Shown: piece by piece, positions 51,721 through 64,000 of the stretch
Layout of the letters: each line of letters starts with the position of its first letter
How positions within the stretch are numbered: the first letter of the stretch is position 1
DNA from: Octopus sinensis
Lineage: Eukaryota
DNA length: 64,000 nucleotides
Reading direction: 5' to 3'
Assembly (NCBI RefSeq): GCF_006345805.1
Contig: NC_042998.1
Span: 124,000,001 to 124,064,000, forward strand
Notes under the pieces: generated by a model
Database searches by the model: none
Seen by the model: the letters and a program-made list of their open reading frames with translations, nothing else
Told to the model about the DNA's origin: nothing
Made by a program: the position numbers and the translations under genes

Positions 51721-52170
51721 AAGACACACACATACACACATTCATGCACGCACACACATGTATACACACACATTGTCTATCAATCTCCCTCTTTTGTTCT
51801 TCCTTTCTGTTTTTCTCTCCCACCATTTCCTTATTCTTCTCTCTCCACTTCACCGTTCCCTCTCTCTCAATCTCACTCTCCCTACTTGACTCTCTCGTTG
51901 CTCGCACGTGACCAACGGCTATCCATATTTCTTTCTTCCACTTCCTTCGTAAAGACAACACATGCTTTTATCTATCTGTTCTGAAAGCTCGTTTTTCCCG
52001 TGTTCACCGTTTCATATCGTTTTGGTTTAACATTCCTCACCGTTTGTTTTTACTGTTTTTTTCTCACTGTCCTGTTTTTGTTACCACTTTCATTTTCTGT
52101 AAAAAATCTGAAATTTTATTTATTTATTTTTTTGCGGGAAGGATTGTTTTAAAGAGTCGCATCTTGTCCT

Positions 52171-52320
52171 TGCCTTCGAAGGCGGAGTAGATAAAACAGG
52201 GGTCAACTGATGAAGACAATGTTCTTTATGTTGCATGTCTCGTTTTTCTGTTTGTTTTTTTCCGTTGTTCGAAACAAAGATCGTTTTCTATGTCTTTGCT
52301 TCTTATGTTCTCGTTTTTTG
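52171..52320 (+). repeat. interspersed repeat; inverted copy at 55652-55800
   Basis: tgccttcgaa..gcggagtagat.aaa.agggg.caactga.gaag....at.ttctttatgttgcatgtctcgttt shared. Confidence 0.75.
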
Positions 52321-52371
52321 ATGTCCTGCACACATATATGCATGCATATATACATATATATGTAGGTATGC

Positions 52372-52403
<32 letters not shown>

Positions 52404-52457
52404 GCATATACATATATATATGTAAATATGTATATATGTATATATAATATATATATA

Positions 52458-52507
<50 letters not shown>

Positions 52508-52519
52508 TATATATATATA

Positions 52520-52827
52520 ATAAATCTCTGAGCGAGGTATCAGTGACTTTTCGTCACCGTAAAAATGATTATATATTTGCAAAGGGAGGCCTAATTTTCC
52601 TCGACAACCGGTTATTGTCACACGCCGATGACGAGTTAATGCCCAGAGACTCGAGTCCGTATGCATCATAGGTTGAAGACGGGAAGGATGACTTCCCTTT
52701 GCAAATACCGACAGGGCACAGAAAATATGTCAATAGCCAGCTAGAGGAGGTGTCCTCCTGGGACTACAACTACAGTACCATCCACCCTCAGGGGTTAGCC
52801 ACATTTAGGTGGCAAATATGCTTCATG

Positions 52828-52828
<1 letters not shown>
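52520..52828 (+). mobile_element. GC-rich ~310-bp element inserted in (TA)n
   Basis: TA runs on both sides; internal inverted repeat atttgcaaagggag / ttccctttgcaaat; invariant 53-nt end. Confidence 0.55.
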
Positions 52829-52875
<47 letters not shown>

Positions 52876-52904
52876 ATGTATATATATATATAGAGAGAGA
52901 GGGA

Positions 52905-55110
52905 GAATTCACAAAAAAACAAAAGACGAAAAAAGGTGGTGTACACAACAAACAGATGTATTAGTTTAACGCTCAGGAAATGAAAAAAGTCTTTAACGTT
53001 TCGAGCCTACACTGTTCCACAGAAAGGAACACGGAGGGAAACAAGGAGAGAAAATAAAGAATGTGTAGTGGCTAGCGATCTATCATGGCGAGTGCCGGAC
53101 TGAGGGGTCACACAGGAGAGCTAGGTAGAAGGAGAGACAATAAAGTAGTGGGGATACCAAAACAAAGGTGCTCGTGCGTGTGTATAAGAGAGCATGTATG
53201 TGCGTGTGGAAGAGGGCTGATGACCTTGACGTGAGCGTGTGTGTATGTGTAGATGTGTGGATGATGGTGTGGGGCTGGGAAGTGATCAGTGCTTGTTTGT
53301 ACGTTGTGATGTGGTGTTGTGTGGTATGGTGGTGCATGGTGTGGTGGTGTTGGGATGTGGGGAGGCGAGAGTGGGGAAAGCAAGGGCAGGATGTGGGTTA
53401 TTCTGAGTGTGGGAGTATGTGGGTAAGGCTGAGGGAGAGGGTAGAAGTGGGGCATGTGGGAGTGGGTGTAATTGATGGACTGGGTTTGAATGGGATGGAT
53501 AGGGAAGGTAGTGTTGGATAGTGTACGGAGGTGGAAGGGAGGAGGTGGGTAGGCGTGAAGAGCAGAGATAAGGAGAGTAGGGATGAAGAGAAGTAGAAGT
53601 CGGAGCAAGGGAGAAGTGGTGGGTGGGATGAAGTAGGTGTGAGAGGGAGAGAGAAGATGGAAGGAGGAGTGTGAGATGAAGCGGGGAGGAGAGTTGAGTC
53701 CTATTGGTGTAATGTAGCGAAGAGAGATTAATCCCTGTTCACGGCGAAAACGGGAGTCCGGATGGCCCTTGTGCGAGGACAATACGAACACATACAGTAG
53801 TGATCGGTAGAGCAGAAATGACTCGAGACCGCGGTGTCATTGCCGAGACGGATGATTCGGAGATGTTCCGCGTACCGGTCAGCCAAGCGGCGTCCCGTTT
53901 GCCCGATGTATAGAGAAGGGCAGGAGGAAAGGCAGTACGTGATATCGGTAATAGTGAAGTGAAGGGGTAGGTGATATGAGAGGGTGGCAGTGTGACCAGG
54001 TGCAGGGGAACGAGTCGGGTTGAGAGGTTGGGTTATGCAAGAAGCTGTGGACCAAGAGGTCTCGTAGGTTGTGTCCTCGTTTGAAGGAGAGGAGGGGTCG
54101 GTTAGGGAAGATGTCCGAGGTGGAGACGTTGGACTGGAGTCGCCAGAAAGCTCGGAAAGTCAGGCTGGTGGGGTGGTAAGTGAGGGGAATGGGAGACGGG
54201 AGACGGTGGGGTGGGTGCGGGTTGAGAGAGCAGATACACGGTCCACCGAACGTGCTCTAGTAAGGTGTGGATAGTGGTGAGGGGATATCCACGTAGGATG
54301 AAGTGGTTGTCATTGCAAAGCTTGCGTAGACGGAGGAATTTGAAAGAGGGGATGAAAAGTTTGGTTTGTTTAGGGTGAGAGGAGGAGAAGTTCAGGCAAG
54401 AATGCGATTCTGTGTGTTTGTAGCGGATGGAGGTCGTGAGAATTGAGTGATGAATACTGACCGAAATGTCAAGAAAGGAGATAGAGATGTCAGAGAGGGT
54501 GCAGGAAAAGTGGAGGGCAGGATGGAAAGATTTGACAAGAGAGGAAGGAGTCTAGATGTTCGGGGGAGAGGGAGGTCGCGCCGATACAGTCATCAAAATA
54601 ACGGCCGTATAGTTCGCGAATATTTGGCCCTCAACGTTGCCAACGAACACGTTCGCATAGTTGGGGCCCATTGTCGTTCCCATGGCCACTCCCGACTTCT
54701 GAGAAGCAGTTGAGTGAGAGGAAATGTTCGGCCGGACGAAAGAGTGTGGATGTGTCGGGTTGAGGGTAGGGTCGAAGGTCAATGAAACGTTAGAGTGCAC
54801 GCAGCCCCTCGAATTGAGGGATCACCGTGTAAAGGCTCTGGATGTCGAGAGTGAAGAGAAGTTTAGAGGAGCCAGGAGGGAAGGAGAAAGAGTTGAACAA
54901 ATGAAGCGCAGGGTTGGCATCATGGATGTGAGAGGGGAGGGGAGCCACTAGGTGGACAAGAACACAGTCAAGATATCTGGAGATGAGTTTGGTGGGGCAG
55001 TTACAGGCGGAGACGATGGGCCGGCCAGGGTTGTTAGGTTTGTGGATTTGGGGGAGGAAGTAAATTGTGGGGGTGCGAGGGATAGGAAATGAGGTTGAGG
55101 CGGTGGGGAA
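52905..55110 (-). mobile_element. Penelope-like element (RT plus GIY-YIG), decayed, 5'-truncated
   Basis: PKIHKPNNPGRPIVSAC, GVAMGTTMGPNYANVFVG..E, YIGQTGRRLADRYAEHLR, RFRREQ.LI...P.GLN; terminal repeat with hammerhead-like motif at 52991-53026. Confidence 0.85.
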
Positions 55111-55272
55111 TCTTATGTAGAATGCTCAGTTATTTGCACTTTAATTTCACAAGCAGGTTGTTCCGTTGATCGAACCAACAGAAACACCCACCGTCGTCAA
55201 TAACAGAGACCCAGTCAGTGCGCGTATATATATGCTTGTATGTATATATATTGCATATATATCTGCATACAA

Positions 55273-55349
<77 letters not shown>

Positions 55350-55397
55350 ATATATACATGCATATATATATACATACATATATACATATATATATCG

Positions 55398-56010
55398 GTG
55401 CAGGCGTAGCTGTGTAGTAAGAAGCATGCTTTCTAACCACATGGTTCCGAGTTCAGTCCCACTGGGTGGCACCTTGGGTAGATGTCTCCCACTATAGCCT
55501 TGTGAGTGGATTTGGTGAACGGAAGCTAAAAGAAGCTCGCCGTATATATATATAAGATAAACAATATATAAATATATGCATATATACATACATTTTATGT
55601 ACATACCTACATATATATGTATATATACGTGCATAGATGGGTACAGGATATAAAAAAAACGTAGAACACAATGAGAAACGAAAACATAGAAACGAACTTT
55701 TTGGGAACTACGAAAAAAACAAAGAAACGAGACATGCAACATAAAGAATATTCCTCTTCCTCAGTTGTCCCTCTTTCATCTACTCCGCATTTCGAAGGCA
55801 TATATGTCTGTGTTTGTTTATGTCTGCTTGCGCCCACCCCTCGCTCTACAACTGAAGCTGGTGTGTTTTTGACCCCGTAATCTAACATTTCGGCAATAGT
55901 GACCAATAGAATAATTACTAGGCTTATAATGAATAAGACCTGGGGTGGATTTGTTCGACTAAAACCCTTCAATGTGGTGCTCCAGCATGGCCGCAGTCAA
56001 ATGACCCAAA
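55398..56010 (+). mobile_element. SINE family A interrupted by the 55652-55800 repeat
   Basis: Head 55398-55545, tail 55800-56010. Confidence 0.75.
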
Positions 56011-56194
56011 CAAACAACAGAATAAAAGAATAAAAGAATACACACCCACACACACATATATACATACATACAAACATACATAATATATGCATTCAGTTTC
56101 CAAGAGTGAAGCAAACGGTGACGAATTCCCGTCCCATAACACGCTAAAAATTGTAACGTATTTTTCTTGTTCTTTTATGAGCATGTGTGCGCGC

Positions 56195-56196
56195 AC

Positions 56197-56281
<85 letters not shown>
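56195..56281. repeat. long pure (TA)n tract, representative of many (TA)n/(CA)n tracts in the window
   Basis: Direct reading; similar tracts near 3411, 6735, 7015, 28970, 29150, 42445, 46833, 52480, 55296. Confidence 0.95.
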
Positions 56282-56285
<4 letters not shown>

Positions 56286-56826
56286 CACGCGCCACACACA
56301 CACACACATACACACATACACCCCACACACATATATATTCTAAAACCTTATTGTAATTCGCTTAATTTGTTTGAAACTTCCCATGAAAAACACACCGATT
56401 GTAAATAATAAGTAAAACATGAGTAGAATGGGTATTCACAAGGAAAAGACTTATGTCGATAAAACATCGTACAGAATATAATGTTTAATAGGTTTTATAG
56501 CAAAATTTTATACCCAAACTTCAAGTTTTCAAAAAGTTGACATAAATCAGACATGATGCAAATCCAAATATTTTTACTAAATTTCATAATGATGGCACTA
56601 GATAGAAATCTGAAAGTTCAGTGGATTTCAATGCACGAAGTTATGTGAGAAATTATATGTGGTAGAGCATGTTGTTAGGAGAACAGTTCGCCGTTTGTTC
56701 CACTCCTGCAATTTGAATCATGCTTCAGATAAATATTGTTTATTCTATACATGTTTAAGACAGATTAAAGTCCTGACTGCAACTTTATTTTTTGTTTTAG
56801 CTGTTCGACTGTTGCTGACTGCCTTA

Positions 56827-59528
56827 TAGGCTTCGAAACCGGTTTTATAACACCAGTTAAAACCAGTTTTATATTATGATCAGTAAAACTGAAACGGATT
56901 TGCCAAAACCGATTTTTATGCTTGCTGTTTCTTTTTTTTTTTTCTTTCGCAAAACATTTCTCCATCTTTTTCTTTTGAAGAAATATCGTTGAAACTGAAC
57001 TAACTGAACTGTTGTCAGTCGCCTTTAGTTGAGAGTGCTGTCTATTTCATTGAAACGTATCGTAACATATCAATTCTCACCTTCTCTTCCCTTGAACCTT
57101 AGATCAGCACCTTTTCATTTCCTTCGCTAACCCTTGGCTGACTCTTTGAATTTGGAGGTAACAGAGTTTATTCATAGCAAGTTAAGGGGATGCTGTTAGT
57201 CTTCAGTCAGGTGATCTTTCATGTTGAGCATATGTAATAACCAGTTCCAGATTCATTTCAAGGAAGTAATACTAACTAAATTTTTTCTTAATTATTTTCA
57301 TTAGCCCTAGCATGATAAAAAGAAAATCAACTGTTTGGAATGTTTTCGATAGGAAAAACAAAGATGAAGCTCGATGCGATAAGTGTGATAAGATCATGAA
57401 GACTTCTGGAAGATCTACTACGTCTCTGATCTTACACTTGAAGAAAATTCATCAAATCGACATAAATCAAGATGCAAACCAGCCTCCTGTGAAAATGACA
57501 AGAAAAATGGAACACTTTTTAAGAAAGAAATCAATGGAAGAAGAAGTTTCGAAGTTAGCTGCTATGGGTGGATTCTCTTTCAATTCAATCACCAAAAGCA
57601 ATTTTATACAGAGAAATCTTCATAGTCAGAGAGGCAAATATGATAAATTACAACCAACATCTGCAAACGGTGTCAGGAATATGGTAATGAATTATTACAT
57701 AACCAAGAAAGAACTTATTCATTATTTCGAAAAAGAAGTAGTGCTGGAGATTCGCTACTCATTGACATTGGCTGAATACACATCAATTCAAAATAAACGA
57801 TATATGAACATAAATTTTCATGGGAAAGACAATCATTAGTCGTTGGGTTTTATTGAGATCCATGCCCCCCTTAATAGCAGGAGAACAGAGCAATTTGTGA
57901 GAGGACACCTTCGTGAATGTGGATTGGATTTGTATATACCCATTGTTGGCTGTACGACGGATGGTGCTTCTATGATGATGAAATTTGGAAAAGAAATAAG
58001 ACCTGATCACCAACAATGCCTCACACATTGCATACTGTGATCGATGTATAAAAAATATTGAAAATATTGCCTGAACCGATCAGACTGATAAAAAAGTGAA
58101 GAGATCGCTATAACAGACGATAGTGATGATGAATCTGACATAAGCCAACAAGACATACTTTTTAAAACAGATTTGGCTCACGAAAATGCTTGTTTTTCCC
58201 CGGATAAAACCTGAATTTAACAAAGTTTTGAATAAGTTTTAAAAAATTTCAAAACTTTTCCGTAAATCGCCTACAAAAATGAAATTTTGCAAAGGTTTTG
58301 TGCGAGCGAACTTTGATAAAAGAGAATATAAAGTTATACTGGATTGCAGAACTAAGTGGAATAGCACATTCCATATGATTGAGAGGGTTTTCAAATTGAA
58401 AAGCTGCATTCCAAATGCTCTACGAGCAGTACTTTCCACTGATGCCGTAGCTGACGAAGAATGGAAATCTCTCGATTTCCTATATGAAATTCTGCATCCA
58501 GTAGAAATAATTTTGAAGGCTATTTGCGCTGATGATACGGACTTACTGAAAGCGGAATATTCTATAGAATTTTTATTGAATAAACCTGATATCGTTGACA
58601 ACCCTTTGGCTCTATATCTTCGTGAAAGACTTCTGCTTAGATATTATAAGAGAAGAAATGTCGAAACCTTGACTCTCTTGAAGTATTTACATAACCCAAG
58701 TAAGTTTAAAGGCGAATCAATTTCTGGACCTTTTCTTTTTTTTAACGAAACAACATTTAAGGAAGTATGCTGAACAAACATATAGGAGATTATTTCCTGA
58801 ACTTGAGGCTGAGAACACAACAGAATTATACAAAGAAAATGAAATAGGAGGTAACCTAAAAACAAGCGTTACTATTGTCCTATCTTCTTACGAAGCTAAT
58901 GAACTCATGCGTGAATACACAAGCGCAATGAGGAAAATGAATGAAGAGCCCAAGAGAGTAACAGATGGATTTGAAATCTCTAAAGAATTCGAATATTTTG
59001 AAGCAACTTCAAACAGAAGTGAAAAGCTCGAGAAACTTTATAGAGCATTGCTTACAACTAAAGCAACTAGTGTTCATTCGGAAAGAGCTTTTTCAATTAC
59101 TGGACTTTTCAACACAAAAATTAAGACAAGATTGTCAAGCAAGACACTGAATGCATTGTGTTTTTTAAAAGATTATTTTCGAAGGAAAGTGAATCATCAA
59201 GCAAGTCAAGAAACTTGATTGATTCTCAAAAATACAACGACTTGGAAAAACGTTGCATTTCTGATTAAATAGATATAATAGCAATATTTTATGTTATTAT
59301 TTTTACATAGATACAGATACAGGCACCATCAACATATTTGTGGATATCAGTCAACCTGTTACTTTCTTGCCTTCTCTGGGTATGTATATAAACAAAAAAC
59401 AATATACGACAAACTTCTTCGCTACAGGGACACCGCTCTAAATCCGCGAAAACCGATTTATAAGCGGTTTTGAGAATTACTTACACTTAAACTCGGTTTT
59501 GGGAATTATCAGTTGTTTGCGCACCCTA
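56827..59528 (+). mobile_element. hAT DNA transposon (BED-finger, Ac-like), complete ends
   Basis: Perfect 8-bp TSD ctgcctta (56819-56826, 59529-59536); degenerate TIRs taggcttcgaaac / gtttgcgcacccta; subterminal aaaccg repeats. Confidence 0.85.
57312..59218 (+). pseudogene. BED zinc-finger hAT transposase with stops and frameshifts
   Basis: STVWNVF...ARCDKC...STTSLILHLKKIH (BED), TTDGASMM, CLTH, DCRTKWNSTFHMIER, TSVHSERAFS (dimerisation domain). Confidence 0.85.
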
Positions 59529-60470
59529 CTGCCTTAATATGACATTTGTTTATCTTACGTTGTGGCGCGTTACAATATTTCGAGAATGACCCAGCGTTCT
59601 GCCTAGATAATATTTCGTTTATCAATCGTAGTGGCCACCTGTTTTTGTCAAATAAAAGTCTAGTGCTGTGCGTCATTACCTGTGGACGTCATTTCTTTAA
59701 CAAATGTTCTGGTCACTGATGTAGATTCCGCAATTGGGACGGTTATACGTTTGGACTACTGATATTGCATTTTTGTAGGGTAATTCGGCACTAGTAAGTA
59801 GATTTTTAAAGAGTGAGTATGGAATGTAGAGTTCTGTATGTATCAGGCTAAGAAGGTGAGAAAGAGTGGCTAAGAGTTTTATTGAGACTGCCGTTGATAT
59901 AATGTATGCACTTTCTCATTAGTCACTGGTTAATTTTATAGGATCCAGCAATTCTCGTTGAATAGTCACGTTTGTGGTAACATTATGTCTCATGAGTTTT
60001 AAAGATTACATTGTAATTGTTCACGTAGACCTTCAGAGGATCTTCTGTTGCATCCATATATCTACATATCTTTGTACATGTGTCTCACTGCTCCGATCTT
60101 TCTAAGTTTGTCTCATGAATGATGGCAACTGTGTTACATTTTGCGATCAATGGATATGTCGTATTATGTCTGCATGTGAAACCTGTTTGTATGCTTGTGT
60201 ATGCCTATTTGCTGAAATTCATATTATGTTAGTTATACAGCTGACAGAAACCTTCAAGAACTGTCTATTTGAAAATTTGCTGTACCCGTAGGCATTACAT
60301 GTCTACTATAATATAATGACGGTCCTACATGTATATGATTATTATTAGGGCAAAACAGAATTGTATCATACGTGTCAAAGAGTAAGTGATACTACATGTC
60401 TTTGTGGTGATAGGCTAAGTGATATAACTAAAGCTGTCTTTGAGAACACTAGCGGGATGGCCTTTTATAG

Positions 60471-61445
60471 CGTGACCCGATTTTTCGTCCGATGTCACTT
60501 TGTCCAACTTCACTTCGTCCACGTCTTTTGGTCCTCCGTCATTTTGTCCGATGATCCTTTTGTCCAACGAATTTCTGTCCAATTTATGTTAACTCTTTAG
60601 AAATCAAGGTGAACATCGAATTCAAATAATCATGAGAAAATTTATTGATAAGATTCAATAGGATTCAATTTATTGATAGTATTCAATACTGTGGAAGAGT
60701 ATATTTTAAAAAAGCAATTTTAAAAAATTAATAAGATATAACTAATGATTTATTATGAGCGCTTAAAATTGATGCAAATTATATGCCACACTCTTCAGAA
60801 AATCAATTACCAATCTTTTGAGGCGTTCAGTTATTCTTAGATATCGTGTACGTGAATTTGACGGATCTCCTCAAAGAATTTCAGTCGTTTTTACCTTAGA
60901 CAAATCCTTCTTCTTCAGAGATTTTCGAATCTACATCAGCAGGATGAAGATGCTCACTAGAAAAATATATAATTTTCGGCTCGTTGTTTTCCATTACCGC
61001 GTGAATTCGCACTGAGCACAGTCTTCTTCTCTCACACCTCCAGTATTCTTTTCCTAGCTTTGTATTGCTTGAATGAAAATCATCGATGTAATTACTTTCA
61101 TCAACTACATGTCTTCTGTTTATGGTCGTTACCATGAACTTTGACATTTCGGGATGGGTAAATAAAAAAAAAATGTGTGCCCTAAACTTGCAGCACTCTC
61201 TAAACATAGTATCATACTTAGGAGAGAGAAGGAAGAAGAGAAAGTAAAACTGTTAACAGAGCGGAAAAAAGAATAATAACAATCCTATAACGAGGCTATG
61301 AATATATCATTAGATATATTTCACTTTGTTTTCTAAAGAGTTTACTTTAAATTAGACAAAAGTCGTTGGACAAAAAGATGTCGGACAAAAAAAGTGGATG
61401 AAAAGACGTTTGATGAAGTGACGTCCGACGAAAAGACATAGTACA
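60471..61445 (-). mobile_element. non-autonomous Mutator-like element carrying a FLYWCH fragment
   Basis: ~130-bp TIRs built of tt(c/t)gtcc(a/g) subrepeats; flanking ttttatag duplicated (60463-60470, 61446-61453); minus-strand KEYWRCERRRLCSVRIH...EHLHPAD. Confidence 0.75.
60896..61147 (-). pseudogene. FLYWCH-type zinc-finger fragment
   Basis: Y...K....YWRC....C..RI.......H.HP spacing. Confidence 0.65.
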
Positions 61446-61725
61446 TTTTATAGTACAGGGTACCAGCGTCAAAGATATTATATGGAAAGAGAGCCTCAAG
61501 ATCATTCCGCTAATAACCTCCCCCAATTTTTAAAATCTATAATGGAATATCTGGAAGCTGTGTGGTAGCTTTTTTGTCTTCGGGAACGGTTTCAAAATGT
61601 TTCTACATCGACCAACGTCACATCCAAGAAACTAAGCTTAACTACATTCAAGATTAACTGCATTGTAAATTTGAGTGCAGGAAAATTAAAAGTCTATTCT
61701 AATCCATATTGATTGTGTGGTGTAG

Positions 61726-62494
61726 CAATTCAATTCTCTTTATAATGCCCAAATCTCATCGCTATGTAGACCAAAGCCAGTTGAAGAGAATTTCCGACCT
61801 ATGCAACTTGAAAATGAAAAGACTTGTAAGATAGCATATGGCAGCAGTGCTACCAGCTCTCTTCGCTACACGAAACGTGCATCCCAGGTTAGTTGACTTG
61901 ATCTAAACTGAACCCATATGGATCGGTAGGGATTTTTCTAGTGTGAATATATGTTTATTCACAGCGTATGGCCTCCAAACGTGTACTGGAATTCTTTCCA
62001 CGGATTCCACCATACAAAAGTAACTGTTAATATTAGTTGCATAAGTGAAAGTTTTGTTAGTGCTTATGAGATAGTTTGACTCAAGTGAAACTATATATGC
62101 ATTCAAGAACCAAAGTACACTGGTAGTCTCGATTAACCAGCAAATCAGTGATACGGTACATTACTTTCTATCAAAAGTGTTCATGAATAAAATATAAAAT
62201 GTCTTCAAAGCTTTGTATAAACTCCATTTATACGATTTTAAATGCATGATCCTTCTCCTCCCATTAACTAAGTGAACTGAAACATAGAAAAATATATCTA
62301 TCGTGCTGAAATACAGAAAAAAGTAGTTTACTTTATATTTTATTGAATATGTATTAGCTTGTATTCCTGAATATATTTGTGTCTATTTCACTTCAGCTGT
62401 TTTGTACGGAGTTATTTTAGGCGGGGAAGTCTGAAATCGTTGTGGAAATGGGAAACGGCATGTCACCTATAACATTGTCAAGAATGTTTAATAT
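61726..62494 (+). other. candidate phase-compatible exon pair (61726-61887, 62421-62494)
   Basis: 54-codon open frame ending CAG|GTTAGT; ttattttag| acceptor; AGKSEIVVEMGNGMSPITLSRMFN ending AT|GTAAGT. Confidence 0.25.
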
Positions 62495-64000
62495 GTAAGT
62501 GCAGTGGAATATACACCAGAATCAGGCTATTGCATAGAAATCAGTAGCAATAATCTTCTATATTGATTTCTTATGCTGAGAATGGTCATAGGTTTATTTT
62601 AAAAATAGGTTCTTTCTCCTATAACTTATTCTTTAAAAAAAAAAAGGAAAAACAAATTTGACCATACCTCTATTTGGAATCAAAGCTAACTACAAGGCAT
62701 TTAAAAGCAATAAGTAGATTACATTTTCGTTTCCCTATCTCGCCCACATTTTTCGTTTTATTTTACTCCACTATTGTTTATCCGCGCCAGTGAGTAAAAT
62801 TTATATGAAAGAAGTGATGGTGTTTCAGTTTTTCATGGAATATATATAATATAGGGGATTTATCATAGAATATATAATAATAAATGACAGTTTTCTTTTG
62901 AAATTTACACTTACACTTTAATTCTTTTTATATTCAGCGAAGTAAACTGAATACTTAATCCTGAATACTCCCTTTTCCAGCGAATTTATTTAGTTACCCA
63001 ATCGTCATATACTTCGTTAATGATAGCTAAGTTGTTACTGACACGATCATTTTTGATGTCGTAATTGCTCCTGCTGAAAATTATCATAAATGTAGCTTTA
63101 TGAAGAATGGAGAAGCTAACGTGAAAATAATCGTACAGGATATGCATATGGATTTTTAGTAGAATTCATAATGATCACTGTTCTTTTGGATAAAAGACAA
63201 ACTAAAAATATTCACACACATTACTAGAATTTATAGAACGGCTAGAATTGCAAAGAAATACTGACGGAGATTTTATGGGGAATGAGATGAATATTTTAAA
63301 ATAATTTATCCTATCAATATAACTCAGGTAGAAAATTGCATCCCATTGCCTTTTCTAATTATTTCAGGGCATTTTAGATAATTTACTCGAAATAATTGAT
63401 TATTATTCTGGAAAATGACTGATTAATATCTCTGTCACCTCTTGTTCCCTAATCATTCAATTGGCTATGAAGATTCCATAAAATTGTTTATTAAGTTTTG
63501 ACTAAAGAAACGTAACCACTAGGGAGAAATAGATTATAAGTATTTGGTGTTGGGATTCGAAAATATACTTGTTAATCTTTTATCTTATTTTGATAGCATT
63601 AGTTAGATCAGTAAAGCTATAATTAATTTAAGACATAAGATAGAGATAAAAAATATATCTCACAGGCTAGTCATACATACTCAAACAGAAATTATCTATC
63701 ACATGAGGAAGTTATATTAGTCAATACATTACGAAAGATAACTTGAGTAATTCATAAAATCGAAAGTTTTATTCAAACTAAAACTAAACTTTCTTTTGCA
63801 CCCACAACATTATTATGACGTAAAAACTTTAATAAATGATTTTGTCTATGTAATATACTCATTTTACGATGTGAGAATGTGATGATGCATAAGATTACGA
63901 GTAGCGTTTCAAAATATTCTTTTCTGAAATTGAATGAATACTCTTTTGTATTTAGATAGATATTTACAAAGAAAAGGAATAGTTTCAGGACACTGATGAA

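Noticed and set aside
52208-52255. CTGATGA-agaca...tgtct as a hammerhead
   Set aside because: No GAAA after stem II in either this copy or the 55652-55800 copy.
52622-52660. ccgatga-cgag...ctcg-agt hammerhead-like string
   Set aside because: Both core segments are mutated and there is no convincing stem I or III.
53108-53791. 227-aa His/Pro/Thr-rich ORF
   Set aside because: Only its first ~30 residues are the PLE endonuclease end; the rest is read-through into low-complexity 3' sequence.
52171-55800. Inverted pair as TIRs of a 3.6-kb composite element around the PLE
   Set aside because: The right copy sits inside a SINE A's internal microsatellite and there is no TSD, so these are independent dispersed insertions.
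57312-59218. Domesticated ZBED host gene
   Set aside because: Multiple stops and frameshifts, and intact TSD/TIR context, indicate a decayed transposon.
60480-60590. Regularly spaced short repeats as a CRISPR-like array
   Set aside because: They are the subrepeats of a Mutator-like TIR, mirrored at 61340-61445; the context is eukaryotic and there are no cas genes.

Overview
Eukaryotic, AT-rich, microsatellite-saturated non-coding (probably intronic) DNA. The tRNA-headed SINE families and (TA)n/(CA)n density resemble Octopus genomes; this is recognition from memory, not a database result. No intact protein-coding gene, true tRNA/rRNA gene or CRISPR array can be supported, and nearly all ORF-track entries are microsatellite artefacts or broken transposon frames. 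The window is a transposon graveyard. It holds three tRNA-derived SINE families; a Tx1/L1-like LINE plus a second divergent ORF1 copy; several Penelope-like remnants with minimal hammerhead-ribozyme motifs; three R4/Dong-clade retrotransposon fragments stacked in a (TAA)n tract; a CR1-like fragment; two complete-ended hAT fossils with 8-bp TSDs; mariner fragments and MITEs; and a FLYWCH-bearing Mutator-like element. The best leads are a tRNA-headed SINE fused to a Penelope-type hammerhead ribozyme, GT-AG leader introns upstream of two divergent LINE ORF1s, microsatellite-targeted element families, and an ~0.9-kb inverted duplication with a highly conserved core. A few plus-strand exon candidates suggest a large host gene but cannot be assembled. 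Identity statements are by-eye estimates.
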